DNA of 64,000 nt from Nitrospirota bacterium (GTDB lineage: Bacteria > Nitrospirota > Thermodesulfovibrionia > Thermodesulfovibrionales > Dissulfurispiraceae): contig CAVPZX010000002.1 in assembly GCA_963710375.1 (NCBI GenBank), forward strand, positions 672,001-736,000, given 5' to 3'. Numbering within the stretch: position 1 is the first letter of the stretch; each line of letters starts with the position of its first letter. Both the position numbers and the translations under genes were made by a program. The notes under the pieces were generated by a model. That model did not search any database, had not been told where the DNA came from, and was given only the letters and a program-made list of their open reading frames with translations. Positions 1 to 11,161 of this stretch are shown here, in pieces.

Positions 1-497
1 TCCTGAACGCCCTCATATTTAAATCTTCTATTCGATTTAGTCCAATCCCCCTGGCACATAATTCGTGAGAATTGGGGTTCTCTTATATCAGCCTTTTTCC
101 CGGTTATCAATGCTACTGCCTCGGTTCCCTTTGCTCCGGCAGGAATACAGAGATTAGGCGGAACATCCGGGTTATTGACAACTGCCTCCGCGTACTGTTC
201 GCAGCCTGCATAACCGCAAGCTCCGCAATGAGCATGTGCCAGGACGTCTAACACCTGCGACACCCTCGGGTCGACTTTAACGGCAAATCGTTTTGCGGCA
301 AAGGCAAGGCCAAGACCGAATACAGTGCTGATGCCGGCGAGAAAAATCAGAGTGAACTTTATTAAAGGAACAATATCGACATGCCCCCCCGTATCCGTAC
401 CCCCCCCTGCTTCAACATGGGGAAGGATAAAATGAGATATACCTGCAAGCTGAAATATACCCATAAGGTCAGCAATTATTTTTTGAAATTCATGCAT
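1..497 (-). CDS. rnfB: RnfB electron transport complex subunit B (partial, runs off window start)
   Basis: Manual translation from ATG at 497 (GGAGG upstream): MHEFQK... then a TM helix, FAVKVDPRVSQVLDVLAHAHCGACGYAGCEQYAEAVV (RnfB Fe-S motif); lies downstream of rnfA. Confidence 0.92.
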   Translation of the reverse strand, partial: MHEFQKIIADLMGIFQLAGISHFILPHVEAGGGTDTGGHVDIVPLIKFTLIFLAGISTVFGLGLAFAAKRFAVKVDPRVSQVLDVLAHAHCGACGYAGCEQYAEAVVNNPDVPPNLCIPAGAKGTEAVALITGKKADIREPQFSRIMCQGDWTKSNRRFKYEGVQ

Positions 498-583
498 GTA
501 AGCAACCTCCAAATACTATATTATCCCAAATCCACTTTGCTTTTCTAATTTGCTCCATGCGCTTGACACCGGGCGCACAACTC

Positions 584-1177
584 TTAAAGGGTTATCAATC
601 CTGAGAAGCCGGTAAAGGCCAGTGCTATCAGGGCTGTTACTACGAACGCCATTGGCAATCCCTTGAAAGGAGCAGGGACATCGGCAAGTTCCAGCTTTTC
701 CCTTATGCTCGCCATTATAATCAGGGCAAGAGCAAAACCGAGACCGGAGCCAAGACCGAAAGCAAGGCTCTGAATAAAGGTGTAATTTTCATCGGCATTG
801 ATCAACGGCACGGCAAGGATAATGCAGTTGGTCGATATGAGCGCGAGATAGATGCCAAGTTTATAATAAAGAGCGGTAGCCACCTTCCTCATTATAGTAT
901 CCGAGGCCTGCACCAGGCCGGCAATGACCCCGATAAAGACAATTATCTTCAGGAATGTAATGTCAAGAGGTATCATTACATAATGAAAAATCAGCCAGCT
1001 GACTGCGGCACTGATCATCATAACAGATGTAAAAGTTATGCTCATGCCTACAGCGGTTTCCATTTTCTTTGAAACGCCGAAGAATATGCAGAGACCCAGG
1101 AACCTGGTGAAAACGAAATTATTTATAAGTGACGCCGATACGATAAGTTCAAAAATCCTTGTAAAATCGTGACCCAT
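584..1177 (-). CDS. rnfA: RnfA membrane subunit
   Basis: NNFVFTRFLGLC, LGIYLALISTNC, GLPMAFV motifs; likely start MGHDF at 1177. Confidence 0.93.
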   Translation of the reverse strand: MGHDFTRIFELIVSASLINNFVFTRFLGLCIFFGVSKKMETAVGMSITFTSVMMISAAVSWLIFHYVMIPLDITFLKIIVFIGVIAGLVQASDTIMRKVATALYYKLGIYLALISTNCIILAVPLINADENYTFIQSLAFGLGSGLGFALALIIMASIREKLELADVPAPFKGLPMAFVVTALIALAFTGFSGLITL

Positions 1178-1196
1178 GTCTCTAACCCCTTTGCCC

Positions 1197-1829
1197 TTAA
1201 TGCGCTGAGCCTGACGGGCTCTTTTTAAAGAATCGGATGTCAATCCAGTTGAAAAACGCCATCAATATCCCGACCGCAAAAAAACCGCCTGCAGGCAATA
1301 TCATAATTAACAACGGTTTTGCATGGACGATTGGGATTCCCCACAACGACCCTTTGCCCAAAAGTTCCCTGAAGAAACTGATTACTGTAAGGGCGAACAG
1401 GAAGCCAAGCCCCATCCCTATGCCGTCGAACATGGACGGCATAACAGTGTTCTTGCTCGCAAACATTTCCGCACGGGCAAGAATGGAAGCGAATGCGACG
1501 ATCAATTGTATATAGAGACCCATCTGCTTGTATACTTCAGGCGTAAATGCATTCATCAGCATAGAGGTGACTGTTACCCAGCCTGAGATAACAAGCATGA
1601 AAATAGGCAGCCTCACTCTGGGGTGAATCACTTTTCGCATAAGGGAGATCGTTGTGTTCACCGTTACCTGAACAAACAATACCGCTACTCCCATCAGCAC
1701 ACCGTTTTCGAGCTTGTTGGTAACTGCAATAGACGGGCAAAGGCTCAAGGCAAGTTTAAAAATAGTGTTGTCTTTAGTAATGCCGTTCTTTATTAATTCC
1801 CAGTAACTAACTCTGCTTGTGCTCGACAT
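1197..1829 (-). CDS. rnfE: RnfE membrane subunit
   Basis: LSLCPSIAVT, RVRLP, RAEMFASKN, FRELLG, LPAGGF motifs. Confidence 0.93.
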   Translation of the reverse strand: MSSTSRVSYWELIKNGITKDNTIFKLALSLCPSIAVTNKLENGVLMGVAVLFVQVTVNTTISLMRKVIHPRVRLPIFMLVISGWVTVTSMLMNAFTPEVYKQMGLYIQLIVAFASILARAEMFASKNTVMPSMFDGIGMGLGFLFALTVISFFRELLGKGSLWGIPIVHAKPLLIMILPAGGFFAVGILMAFFNWIDIRFFKKSPSGSAH

Positions 1830-2397
1830 TCCCTCCGCCTCCTTTTACCGCAGTAATGAGGGCTTCAACCCCATGCTTTACTGCATCTTCGGTAACCGCC
1901 CTGCTCGAAATAGTTGCGCCTGATATAGCCTGTATGTAGTCCTTTGTCTCTGTCTTGACAACCTTCAGGTGATCGAGGTCTTTGTCCTTGAACTGGCGCT
2001 GAAAAGAATCGGTGTCTATTTCATCCCCAAGCCCGGGAGTTTCCTCGTGATGAAGGATACTTATTTTTTCGACCGTGAAATTCTTGTCAACTGCTATAAG
2101 GGTGTTAATATAACTCGAATAGCCCTTGCCATAGGATTGTACTATATATCCGATAATGTTGCCGCCCTTCCTGGCAACAAAATATTCGACATGTTTGTCA
2201 TGTGACATCAAGTCGCCCATCTTTTCAATATTGTCGGCATCCGGAATGAGGTTTTTCAGCGCTGCCTGTTTTTCGGCCTCAGCATTTTTGAATATTATCG
2301 GCGATGTTTTGGCATAAACTGCTGCAAGGATAAGCCCGCCTATAATATATACAATTACAAGATTCAATGTTATTTTGATAATGTCCTTGCCGGTCAT
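1807..2397 (-). CDS. rnfG: RnfG FMN-binding subunit
   Basis: ETPGLG and the flavinylation motif ISGATISS. Confidence 0.93.
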   Translation of the reverse strand: MTGKDIIKITLNLVIVYIIGGLILAAVYAKTSPIIFKNAEAEKQAALKNLIPDADNIEKMGDLMSHDKHVEYFVARKGGNIIGYIVQSYGKGYSSYINTLIAVDKNFTVEKISILHHEETPGLGDEIDTDSFQRQFKDKDLDHLKVVKTETKDYIQAISGATISSRAVTEDAVKHGVEALITAVKGGGGNVEHKQS

Positions 2398-3419
2398 TTC
2401 TTAGTCTCCTTTGCCGGTATTTCTTTTCTGGCGCCGAAGACTTTGGTCCTGAAGCCCCGGTCAATAAGCGGTGAGAAACAGTTCATTATCAGGATGGCGA
2501 ACATGACACCTTCGGGATACCCGCCTTTAAGTCTTATCAGCATTGTCAGGAAACCGCAGCCGACTCCGAATAGAATCTGCCCCCTCTTGACTGAGGGGCA
2601 GGTAACATAATCAGTTGCCATAAAAAAAGCTCCGATAAGCATACCGCCGCTTAAAAGATGCAGCAGCGGGTCCCCGGCAAAGAGCGCGCCTTTTGCTCCG
2701 AACACCCATGCAAGGAGTGCAGCCGTACCCAGAAACGACGCCGGTATTTCCCATGATATATATCCGCGATACAGAAGAAAAGCAGCGCCGATAATCAAGG
2801 CAAACGCAGATGTTTCGCCTATTGAGCCTGCCCGGTGCCCTAAAAACAGCTGTGTGTAAAGATTTATTTTATCTCCAAAAAGCTCCATCAGCTTGGCGGC
2901 GCCCTCTTCTTTCAGGATACCCAACGGCGTAGCTGTGGTCTTTGCATCAAGGCCCACAAAGGCCGCTGTAGGCTCTGTCCAGATGGTCATAAGCCTCGGG
3001 AATGAAATAAGCAGGAATGCCCTCCCGATTAATGCCGGATTGAAGACATTGAAACCGAGTCCACCGAAAAGCTGCTTGGTTATAAGTATCGCAACAAAAG
3101 ACCCTATAATCGGAATATAAAACGGTACTGACGCAGGCAGGTTCATTCCAAGCAGCAGGCCTGTAACAAACGCGCTCCCGTCACTCAGTGTCTGTTTCCT
3201 GTTTAGTATCCGCTGAAACACATATTCAGCGGCCAGAGCACTGATAATAGTAAGGGCGAGGATAAAAGCGGCGCGGGGACCGAAAAAATAGACTCCCATT
3301 ACAGCTGCAGGCGTGAGCGAAGCTGCCACGCTCCACATGATCCTGCTGGTGGTTTCTTCGCTTTTTATATGAGGACTTACTGATATAATTAGTTCGTGCT
3401 CTTTTTTTGCCGTTTCCAT
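2394..3419 (-). CDS. rnfD: RnfD subunit
   Basis: SPHI, KQLFGGLG.NxFNPA, TATPL, GSIGETS, FMATD. Confidence 0.95.
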   Translation of the reverse strand: METAKKEHELIISVSPHIKSEETTSRIMWSVAASLTPAAVMGVYFFGPRAAFILALTIISALAAEYVFQRILNRKQTLSDGSAFVTGLLLGMNLPASVPFYIPIIGSFVAILITKQLFGGLGFNVFNPALIGRAFLLISFPRLMTIWTEPTAAFVGLDAKTTATPLGILKEEGAAKLMELFGDKINLYTQLFLGHRAGSIGETSAFALIIGAAFLLYRGYISWEIPASFLGTAALLAWVFGAKGALFAGDPLLHLLSGGMLIGAFFMATDYVTCPSVKRGQILFGVGCGFLTMLIRLKGGYPEGVMFAILIMNCFSPLIDRGFRTKVFGARKEIPAKETKK

Positions 3420-3437
3420 AAAACTCCTCTCAAACGT

Positions 3438-3537
3438 CAGGTTAAGGCTGAGGTTAAGGTTGAGTCATAAACAAAAAACTAACTGCTGTAAGTCATCAGA
3501 AATGTTTTTATCTTTTCTTAACCTTAACCTTAACCTG
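3438..3537. repeat. Hexamer-period inverted repeat element, copy 1
   Basis: cAGGTTA-AGGCTG-AGGTTA-AGGTTG ... (TAACCT)x3-g in the rnfC-rnfD spacer. Confidence 0.85.
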
Positions 3538-3541
3538 TTTT

Positions 3542-4850
3542 TTACGGTTTTACCTGCGATTTAGCAAGCCTTACCAACTGAACAATAGGCCTCTTTGACG
3601 GGCACACATAGGTGCAGGAGCCGCATTCGAAACAGTCAAAAAGGTCATATCCCTTTGCTTCCTCATAAAATCCCTTTTCAGCAAGTACGCTCAACATCGA
3701 AGGCATCAAACCCATCGGACAAATGTCTATGCATCTGCCGCACCTGATACAAGGGCCAAATTCCTCAGAATGAACAACCCCTTCTTCCGGCAGTACGAGA
3801 ATGCCGGACGTCCCCTTGGTTACCGGGACATCCAGTGAATAGATTGAGAACCCCATCATGGGACCTCCGGATATAATCTTTGCAGCTTCAGATGTGAACC
3901 CGCCGCAATCAGCAATCAAGTCTGAAACAAGGGTGCCTATCTTCACCATAAGATTTTTAGGCTCTTTAATCCCTTCTCCGGTTACGGTCACCACCCGCTC
4001 AATGAGAGGCTTTCCATATCGGGCCGCCTCAAAAACAGCAATAGCGGTGCCGACATTATGCACTAATACCCCGACGTCCATGGGCAGACCCCGTGCAGGC
4101 ACCTCTCTGTCTGAAACAGCCTTGATCAGCATTTTTTCAGCACCCTGCGGGTACTTCACCTCAAGGGCACATACAGTAATGTTCGGCTCTCCAGAGACCG
4201 CTTGCTGCATTGCCTTTATCGCGTCCGGCTTATTGTTTTCTATTCCAATAAAGCCCTTGACCACGTTTAATATTTTCATCAGTATCTTCAGTCCTTCAAC
4301 AATCTCTCCTGGACGCTCCAGCATAAGCCTGTAGTCGGCTGTAAGGTACGGCTCACATTCAGCTCCATTGATGATGACGATATCAACAGGTTTTTCTTTT
4401 GGCGGAGATAGCTTTACGTGCGCAGGGAAGGCCGCTCCTCCCATCCCTACTATGCCGGCGTCTTTAACCTTTCCCTTGAGCCTCTTCGGGGGTAAGCCGT
4501 ATATAGTCCGGATTATCTTTTAGTGAAGCCCATTCCTCTTTGCCGTCATTTTCGATAACAACACATTTTGTCATTTTGCCGGTTGGAAGGGGAAACTCGC
4601 CTATGGCAACCACCTTGCCCGACACCGATGCGTGCACAGGAGCGGACACAAAACCCTCTGGGGCGCCGATAACCTCCCCCTTTTTAACCTCCTGCCCGAT
4701 GACAACACTCAGTTTGCACGGAGCTCCAATATGCTGAGATAGAGGAATGACAACTCTTTTGGGAGGGGTTGCCGGAGAAATGGCTTTATCTTTAGAGAGT
4801 TGTTTCTTGTCGGGCGGGTGAATTCCTCCTTTAAATGTTGCAAGAGACAT
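3542..4850 (-). CDS. rnfC: RnfC subunit, split by a +1 frameshift near 4480 (probable sequence error)
   Basis: N-part MSLATFKGGIHP...PLSQHIGAP; C-part AGIVGMGGAAFP, NGAECEPY, two CxxCxxCxxxCP motifs; removing one G in GAGGCTC joins the frames. Confidence 0.9.
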
Positions 4851-5012
4851 AGAAGGCTCCTCCATTGCAGGGAAGATAAAGTGCCTAATCAACTTTATAG
4901 GCACCCGTTTTGGCGTAAACCTGTAATTTTTAACACGTCGGGACAGAATATGTCAAGCTACCTATGACTTACGGCAGTGAACTGTCTGGAAGCAAGAACA
5001 GTGGCAGTATAG

Positions 5013-8000
5013 TCATTTTGGCGAGGACTTGCCTTTCTTAAACCGTTCGCTCAGGCGTTCCAGAGCAACATAGAATACCGGGACAAAAGGGATAGCCAGG
5101 AAGGTCGATGATATCATGCCGCCAAAAACAACCGTGCCTATGGCCCGCTGGCCTGCCGACCCGGCCCCGAAAGCAATCACAAGCGGCACCACTCCCAGGA
5201 TAAATGCAAATGAAGTCATAACAATTGGCCGGAACCTTCGATGTGTAGCCTCTATTGCGGCTTCCTCTATACTCATGCCTTCACGGTGCATATCCCGGGC
5301 AAATTCCACGATAAGAATCGCGTTCTTGCTCGCAAGTGCAATCATCAATACGAGTCCCACCTGGGTATACAGGTTGTTGTCATAGCCCCTGAACATAGTG
5401 GCCAGAAGGACCCCGACCAGAGCCAGCGGGACAACGAATATAACTGCCGCAGGCGAGGTCCAGCTCTCATACAAAGCGGCCAATACCATAAAGACCAGAA
5501 AAATGGAAAGGGCATATATGAAGTAAGCCTGGGCGCCTACCTTTTTTTCCTGGTAACTTGTGGATGTCCAGTCATAAGCTATTCCATTCGGCAACACTTG
5601 GGCAGCCAGCCGCTCCATAGTGCTGATGGCTTGACCGGAGCTGTACCCGGGAGCAGCAGCCCCAAAAATAGCGGCTGCCGGGTACAGGTTATAGCGGGTA
5701 ATCAACTCAGTGCCCTGGACCTGCTTGATCTCAAGCAGGCTTCCAAGTGGGACCATCTCCCCATTTTGATTGCGGACATTCAGGTTTTTTATGTCCCTGG
5801 GCTGCAGACGATAGCGGCTGTCGGCCTGTACATAAACCTGAAACACCTGGTTATATTTGTTAAACAGGTTTACAAACGAAGACCCCATGTAAGACTGGAG
5901 CGTATTCAGAACATTGGACAATGGGACCTGTAACGACTCTGCCTTGGTACGATCAATATTCAGATATAGCTGCGGGCTGTTCAGGACAAAAGTTGTGATA
6001 AGTCCCCGCAGGGCTGGGTTGGAATTTCCGTTCCGGATAAGTTCGCTTTCGGCCTCATGGAGATCGTTTAGACCAACGTTGCCGCGGTCTTCGACCATCA
6101 TTTGCAGACCACCCGTTTGTCCCAGCCCCCGGATAGGCGGAGGGATCACAATAAAAGCCTGTGCTTCCTGAATTCCGGCAAGCGCCCGGTTGATGTTCGA
6201 GACTATAATATCCTGGCTTAATGAAGAGCCGCGGTCCTTCCAGTCCTTATAAACTACAAATGTCGTGGAAAAATTAGAGACATTGGCGCCGTCCAGAATA
6301 GACAAACCTCCTATATGCACCCAGAAATCAACGCCGGCAGTCTTTTTCAGGATAGTATTAATTTTCTCGGCAACTTCCCTCGACCGGGGCTGTGACGAGC
6401 CTTCCGGCAAATGGGTGACTATAATCCCGTAGCCCTGGTCTTCGGTTGGAAGAAAACCTGTAGGGCGGCTGATAAAAACAAGAAATGTTGCAGTCATTAC
6501 AACGGCAAAGATAACAATAAAGAGGACCGGCCTTTTCACCATGCGTGTAACAGCCAAAATATAGATTCTTGTCAATGACTGAAATGCCTTATTGAATCCC
6601 CGATAAAACCAATTGCGAGGTTTGTCCCCCCGTGGCCTCAACCAGAAGGCGCACTGGACAGGCTTTAATGTCAACGCATTCAGGGCGCTGATAACAGAGG
6701 TAGAAGCGATCACCAGGGCGAATTGCCGGAACAGCTGTCCTGTAATGCCGGGAAGGAAGGCAGCAGGCAGGAAGACCGCAACCAGGGCAAGGGTAATACC
6801 CATTACAGGTCCTGTCAGTTCGTTCATTGCTTTGATCGTTGCTTCTTTGGGCGGCATGCCCCTTTCGATATGGTATGAACTGTTTTCGACAATGACGATG
6901 GCATCATCCACCACAATGCCGATAGCAAGGACCAGGGCAAACAGAGTCAACAGGTTTATGGTGAAGCCCAGAGCAGCTATCGCAATGAAAGCACCGATAA
7001 TGGTGACGGGAACAGTAGTGGCCGGGACCAGTGTAGCCCTGAAATTTTGCAGGAATACGAGGATAACAATCAACACAAGTACCCCGGCTATGAAAAGGGT
7101 CTCATAAACTTTTGAAATGGCCTCCCGTACGAACCTGGTGGTATCGTACCGGATGGCATATTTGAGTCCTTCCGGAAATGTCTGGCTCAAATCGGCCATG
7201 GCCTTATAGACAGTATCGGCAACAGAGATTGCATTTGCGTCCGGCAATGCAAAAACCACTACCTGGGCCGACCTGTGCCCGGTAAATCTCGAATAGAGGC
7301 TGAAATTCTGCTGGCTCAAATCCACACGGCCTATGTCGCGGATCCTCACTATCTGCGGCGCTGGTCCGGGAGTGGTTTTCACAATTATATTTTCGAATTG
7401 GCCCTCACCCGAGAGGCGGCCAAGGGCCGTGACGGTTAACTGCAATGCCTGATTATTCGGCACAGGCGGAGCGCCAAGCTGTCCAGCCGCTACCTGGACA
7501 TTCTGGCCTTGAATAGCGGTAAGGACATCGGCAGGAGTAAGACCGAAAATCTTGAGTCTTTCAGGGTCGAGCCAGACCCTCATGCCATAAGGGCCGGCTC
7601 CGAAGACCCTCACCTGAGCTATACCGGGAAGACGCGCCAGAGGGTTTTGAAGATTGATAATTCCATAGTTTGAGAGGAAAACCGAGTTAAACCGTTCGTC
7701 GTCTGAATAAAGACTTACAACCAGCAAAATATTAGGAGAGATTTTCTTAACGGTGACACCTTGTTGCTGTGAGGCCCCGGGCAGTTGTGCAAGGGAACTG
7801 TTCACCAGGTTTTGTACCAGGGCTATTGACTTATTAAGGTCGGTACCCACATCGAATGTGATCGTCAATGTGTAACTGCCGTCGCTGCCGCTGGTAGAAG
7901 ACATATAAATGGAACCTTCAACGCCGTTGACTGCCTGTTCGATCGGCACTCCAATGGTTTGCGCGACGACTTCGGCGCTCGCTCCAGGATAACTCGTGCT

Positions 8001-8138
8001 GACCTGGATAGTTGGCGGCGCGATCGGCGGATATTGAGCAACAGGAAGGATACTGAGGAATATAAGCCCGATTACTATAGTGACCAATGCTATAACATTT
8101 GCGAAAACAGGCCGTTCGATAAAGAACCGCGAGATCAT
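5013..8138 (-). CDS. RND efflux permease (HAE1/AcrB family)
   Basis: MISRFFIERPVFA, IGIVVDDAIV, KNAILIVEFA, RFRPIVMTS; 1041 aa. Confidence 0.95.
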   Translation of the reverse strand: MISRFFIERPVFANVIALVTIVIGLIFLSILPVAQYPPIAPPTIQVSTSYPGASAEVVAQTIGVPIEQAVNGVEGSIYMSSTSGSDGSYTLTITFDVGTDLNKSIALVQNLVNSSLAQLPGASQQQGVTVKKISPNILLVVSLYSDDERFNSVFLSNYGIINLQNPLARLPGIAQVRVFGAGPYGMRVWLDPERLKIFGLTPADVLTAIQGQNVQVAAGQLGAPPVPNNQALQLTVTALGRLSGEGQFENIIVKTTPGPAPQIVRIRDIGRVDLSQQNFSLYSRFTGHRSAQVVVFALPDANAISVADTVYKAMADLSQTFPEGLKYAIRYDTTRFVREAISKVYETLFIAGVLVLIVILVFLQNFRATLVPATTVPVTIIGAFIAIAALGFTINLLTLFALVLAIGIVVDDAIVIVENSSYHIERGMPPKEATIKAMNELTGPVMGITLALVAVFLPAAFLPGITGQLFRQFALVIASTSVISALNALTLKPVQCAFWLRPRGDKPRNWFYRGFNKAFQSLTRIYILAVTRMVKRPVLFIVIFAVVMTATFLVFISRPTGFLPTEDQGYGIIVTHLPEGSSQPRSREVAEKINTILKKTAGVDFWVHIGGLSILDGANVSNFSTTFVVYKDWKDRGSSLSQDIIVSNINRALAGIQEAQAFIVIPPPIRGLGQTGGLQMMVEDRGNVGLNDLHEAESELIRNGNSNPALRGLITTFVLNSPQLYLNIDRTKAESLQVPLSNVLNTLQSYMGSSFVNLFNKYNQVFQVYVQADSRYRLQPRDIKNLNVRNQNGEMVPLGSLLEIKQVQGTELITRYNLYPAAAIFGAAAPGYSSGQAISTMERLAAQVLPNGIAYDWTSTSYQEKKVGAQAYFIYALSIFLVFMVLAALYESWTSPAAVIFVVPLALVGVLLATMFRGYDNNLYTQVGLVLMIALASKNAILIVEFARDMHREGMSIEEAAIEATHRRFRPIVMTSFAFILGVVPLVIAFGAGSAGQRAIGTVVFGGMISSTFLAIPFVPVFYVALERLSERFKKGKSSPK

Positions 8139-9271
8139 TTTATTCCCGATCCGTTATCCCGCAGAGGAGTGACCTGGCGTCCGGGCGCCGCTTTTAATAT
8201 ACCGTTGATAATGACCCATTCCCCTCCGTTAAGGCCTTGTTCGATGACCCGCATACTGTCAATCTCAGGGCCGGTTTTAACAGGGCGGCGTTCCACAATA
8301 TGTCTTTCGTTCGCGACCAACACATAATCTCCCTGCTGATCATTACCGACAGCAGTATCAGGCAACAGGAAAGCGGCCTTTTTCTCCAGTGGCACCTTCA
8401 CCCTGGCAAACAGTCCCGGCAGTATCCTCCCTGACGGGTTTGAAAAAACTCCCCTCATCAGGAGAGTGCCGCTGGTGGGAGCCAGGCTGATTGAAGCAAA
8501 ATCTAGGTGGCCCTGGTGCGCATAGTCTTTCTCATCAGTCAACCCGATAAATACCGGCCATTCTTTGGCACTGCCACCTCCGGGGATCCCGTGAGCAATC
8601 TTAATGAGCCGGGCCAAATCCGCATCGCTGATCGTGAAATAAACGTAGATCGGGTCTATTTGGTTGAACTGCGCCAGGACAGAGTTGCCGGCATCTGAGC
8701 CCACAAGGTTACCCGGGTCTTGCAGCCTCCGGTCAATGCGCCCGTCAAAAGGGGCGGAAACCTGAGTATAACTCAGGTTGAGTCTGGCAAGGGCCAGTTG
8801 TGCTTCCGCTGTTTTAAGGTTGGCCATGGCAGCGTCACGCTGGTACTTCCAGTTGTCCACATCGGATTGGGCAGCAGCCTTTTCCGGCAACAGTGCTGAA
8901 TAGCGGATAAACTGACTGCCTGCATATTCCAACTGGGCTTTCAGTGCCAAGACTTGTCCCTCTGACTGCTGAAGACTGGCCTCATATGTATTTTGCTGAA
9001 TAAGAAAAAGCGTTTGCCCTTTTTTGACTATTTGTCCATCATGAAAAAAGACCTTTTCAAGGTATCCCGGCACCCTTGCGACCAGTTGCACGGTATTAAC
9101 AGCCTGGGTATTTCCGCTCAGTTCGAGATAGTCGGTCACTATCCTCTGCTCCGGCTGTTTTACCGTAACTTTGGGTGGAGGAAAAGTCGGCGCGGCTTGT
9201 TTTGCCCTGCACCCTGCAATAAGGATAAAAACAATCAACGCGCTCCAGCATGCAATTTTTATGATCTTCAC
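8135..9271 (-). CDS. RND periplasmic adaptor (MFP), lipoprotein
   Basis: Lipobox IAGC, ARVPGYL, APFDGRI, LPGLFARV. Confidence 0.93.
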   Translation of the reverse strand: MKIIKIACWSALIVFILIAGCRAKQAAPTFPPPKVTVKQPEQRIVTDYLELSGNTQAVNTVQLVARVPGYLEKVFFHDGQIVKKGQTLFLIQQNTYEASLQQSEGQVLALKAQLEYAGSQFIRYSALLPEKAAAQSDVDNWKYQRDAAMANLKTAEAQLALARLNLSYTQVSAPFDGRIDRRLQDPGNLVGSDAGNSVLAQFNQIDPIYVYFTISDADLARLIKIAHGIPGGGSAKEWPVFIGLTDEKDYAHQGHLDFASISLAPTSGTLLMRGVFSNPSGRILPGLFARVKVPLEKKAAFLLPDTAVGNDQQGDYVLVANERHIVERRPVKTGPEIDSMRVIEQGLNGGEWVIINGILKAAPGRQVTPLRDNGSGIK

Positions 9272-9293
9272 GCTCGGTCTCCTTTATCGTCCT

Positions 9294-10859
9294 CTACCAA
9301 TCCGGGGGCCGGATTGAGGGCTTGGGATCAGTCAATACAGGAGGATTATATGATGCAGGCGCGAGCAATTCGCCCCAGTTAGTGCGCTTAGCCATTTCCT
9401 CCTTGATAGCGGGAGGCACCAATTCCTTGCCTTCACGGATTTCCCAACCCCCGCCCAGAGATCTATAGACTCCAACCAACCCGCTCGAAATGCTGCCCAG
9501 AGCAACAGCAAGGTTGTCCTGCTCATTCAAAAGACTCTGTTGTGCAACCAGCACAGTAGTGAAGTCAATGATACCTTGCCGATATTGTTTGGCCGCAAGA
9601 TCAAGGGCCTTCCTGGCAGCTACAGTGCTGAGGGCCAAATACTTGGCCCGTTCCTGGCCCCTCAGAAAGGCAGACAGATTATCTTCCACATCCTGTTGCG
9701 CTCTCAAGACAGTGTTTTGATATGTGATAAGCAATTCCTGGAACCTGGCATCCTGAGCACGGACATTATTCGTGATCTGTCCATAATTAAGAATATTCCA
9801 CTGGAATGAAGGGCCTGCCTGGAACATGCGGTTTTTCCACTGGAACATGTCGGGGAGTCCGGATCGATCAAAATTGGATGACAGGAAGCCAAACATCCCG
9901 CTCAGGGAGAAAGCTGGATAAAGGTCAGCTTTGGCCACCCCGATCAAGGCTGACTGAGCAGCTGCCTGGTACTCCGCACTCCGAATATCCGGTCTGCGCC
10001 TGAGAAGGTCGGCAGGAATACCCGCAATTACCTGGGGCGGCGAGACAGGGATTTCAGAAGCCCCCTTGATTAAATCCGCCAGGTCCCTGGGCGCAATTCC
10101 CAGCAATACGCAAAGGGCATCCTCCTGCTGCCGCAGTTGGGTTTCCAGCAGAGGAATGGAAGCAAGGGTGTTGTTGAGTACTGTTTGGGCTTGCTCCACA
10201 TCCAACTGAGTAACTGTGCCAAAACGTAATCTGGCTTCGGCTATCTTCAGACTCTCTTTTTGGGTTTCCACATTTTCTCTGGCAATGGCAAGCCGTTTTT
10301 CGAGCGTCCTGATCGCAATATATGAATTGGCAACATCTGCCGTAAGGCTGACCATGGCATTATCGTAATCGGCGACTGTGGCAAGCCACGTGGCATTGGC
10401 CGACTCGATCGACCGCCTGAACCTTCCCCAAAAATCGAGTTCCCAACTTGCGTTAACCCCTATTTGGTCCTGGGAATATACGGGAATAGCCTGGGGAGAA
10501 GATTCACTTGTCCTGATACGCTCCACAGAACCTGAAGCCTGCTGGGTCTGAGGAAAGATATTCCCTATGGCAATGCCGAGTTGGGCCCTGGCTTCCAGTA
10601 TACGAATTCCTGCAATCCTCAGCGTGAGGTTTTCGCGGTATGCGCGGTCAATAAGCCGGTCCAGGAAAGGGTCGTTGAATACCTTCCACCATTCGCGGTA
10701 CTCCACGGACCGTTTTCGCAACCGCTCGTCTCCAGACTCTATCCAGTCCGGCGAAACCAGACTATCCGGCCTCTGGAAATCCGGCCCCACCTTGATGCAA
10801 CCGGACAGCAGAAAAACAATGATGAGAGCAAGTGTAAGTAGTCTACCTGATAGGAACAT
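9294..10859 (-). CDS. Outer membrane efflux lipoprotein (NodT/OprM family)
   Basis: LLSGC lipobox, WWKVFNDP, SWELDFWG, LLRRRPDI, LGGGW; start taken at MFLSG. Confidence 0.92.
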   Translation of the reverse strand: MFLSGRLLTLALIIVFLLSGCIKVGPDFQRPDSLVSPDWIESGDERLRKRSVEYREWWKVFNDPFLDRLIDRAYRENLTLRIAGIRILEARAQLGIAIGNIFPQTQQASGSVERIRTSESSPQAIPVYSQDQIGVNASWELDFWGRFRRSIESANATWLATVADYDNAMVSLTADVANSYIAIRTLEKRLAIARENVETQKESLKIAEARLRFGTVTQLDVEQAQTVLNNTLASIPLLETQLRQQEDALCVLLGIAPRDLADLIKGASEIPVSPPQVIAGIPADLLRRRPDIRSAEYQAAAQSALIGVAKADLYPAFSLSGMFGFLSSNFDRSGLPDMFQWKNRMFQAGPSFQWNILNYGQITNNVRAQDARFQELLITYQNTVLRAQQDVEDNLSAFLRGQERAKYLALSTVAARKALDLAAKQYRQGIIDFTTVLVAQQSLLNEQDNLAVALGSISSGLVGVYRSLGGGWEIREGKELVPPAIKEEMAKRTNWGELLAPASYNPPVLTDPKPSIRPPDW

Positions 10860-11099
10860 TATAAGGTCCTTTGCCAAATCAATTTCAGTTGCAATTATAG
10901 CTGCGAATTGAATTGATGTCAACGCGGGACTGCCTGAGAATACAACCGCTTTATGCGATAAAATATGAACGTTAAACTGATAGGAAAAGTGAGACATTTT
11001 AAAGTCAACTACTCACAGTATTGTAGCATAAGAACAACTTTGTTCTAAAAGTCGGGGAACAAAAAAGTGGGTATTTTTTAAATTCAACTAATTATAAGC

Positions 11100-11115
11100 T
11101 GGCAAGTTTTTTGCT
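11100..11115 (+). promoter_or_regulatory. sigma54 -24/-12 promoter
   Basis: TGGCAAGTTTTTTGCT: GG-N10-GC, 46 nt upstream of the P-II start. Confidence 0.75.
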
Positions 11116-11161
11116 TCTCAAAGCTTGCATCAAAATATGGCTGATCTAAAAGGAGATCACT

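Noticed and set aside
5116..10911. Plus-strand ORFs opposite the RND genes (and similar antisense ORFs elsewhere)
   Set aside because: Shadow frames of well-supported genes with no motifs.
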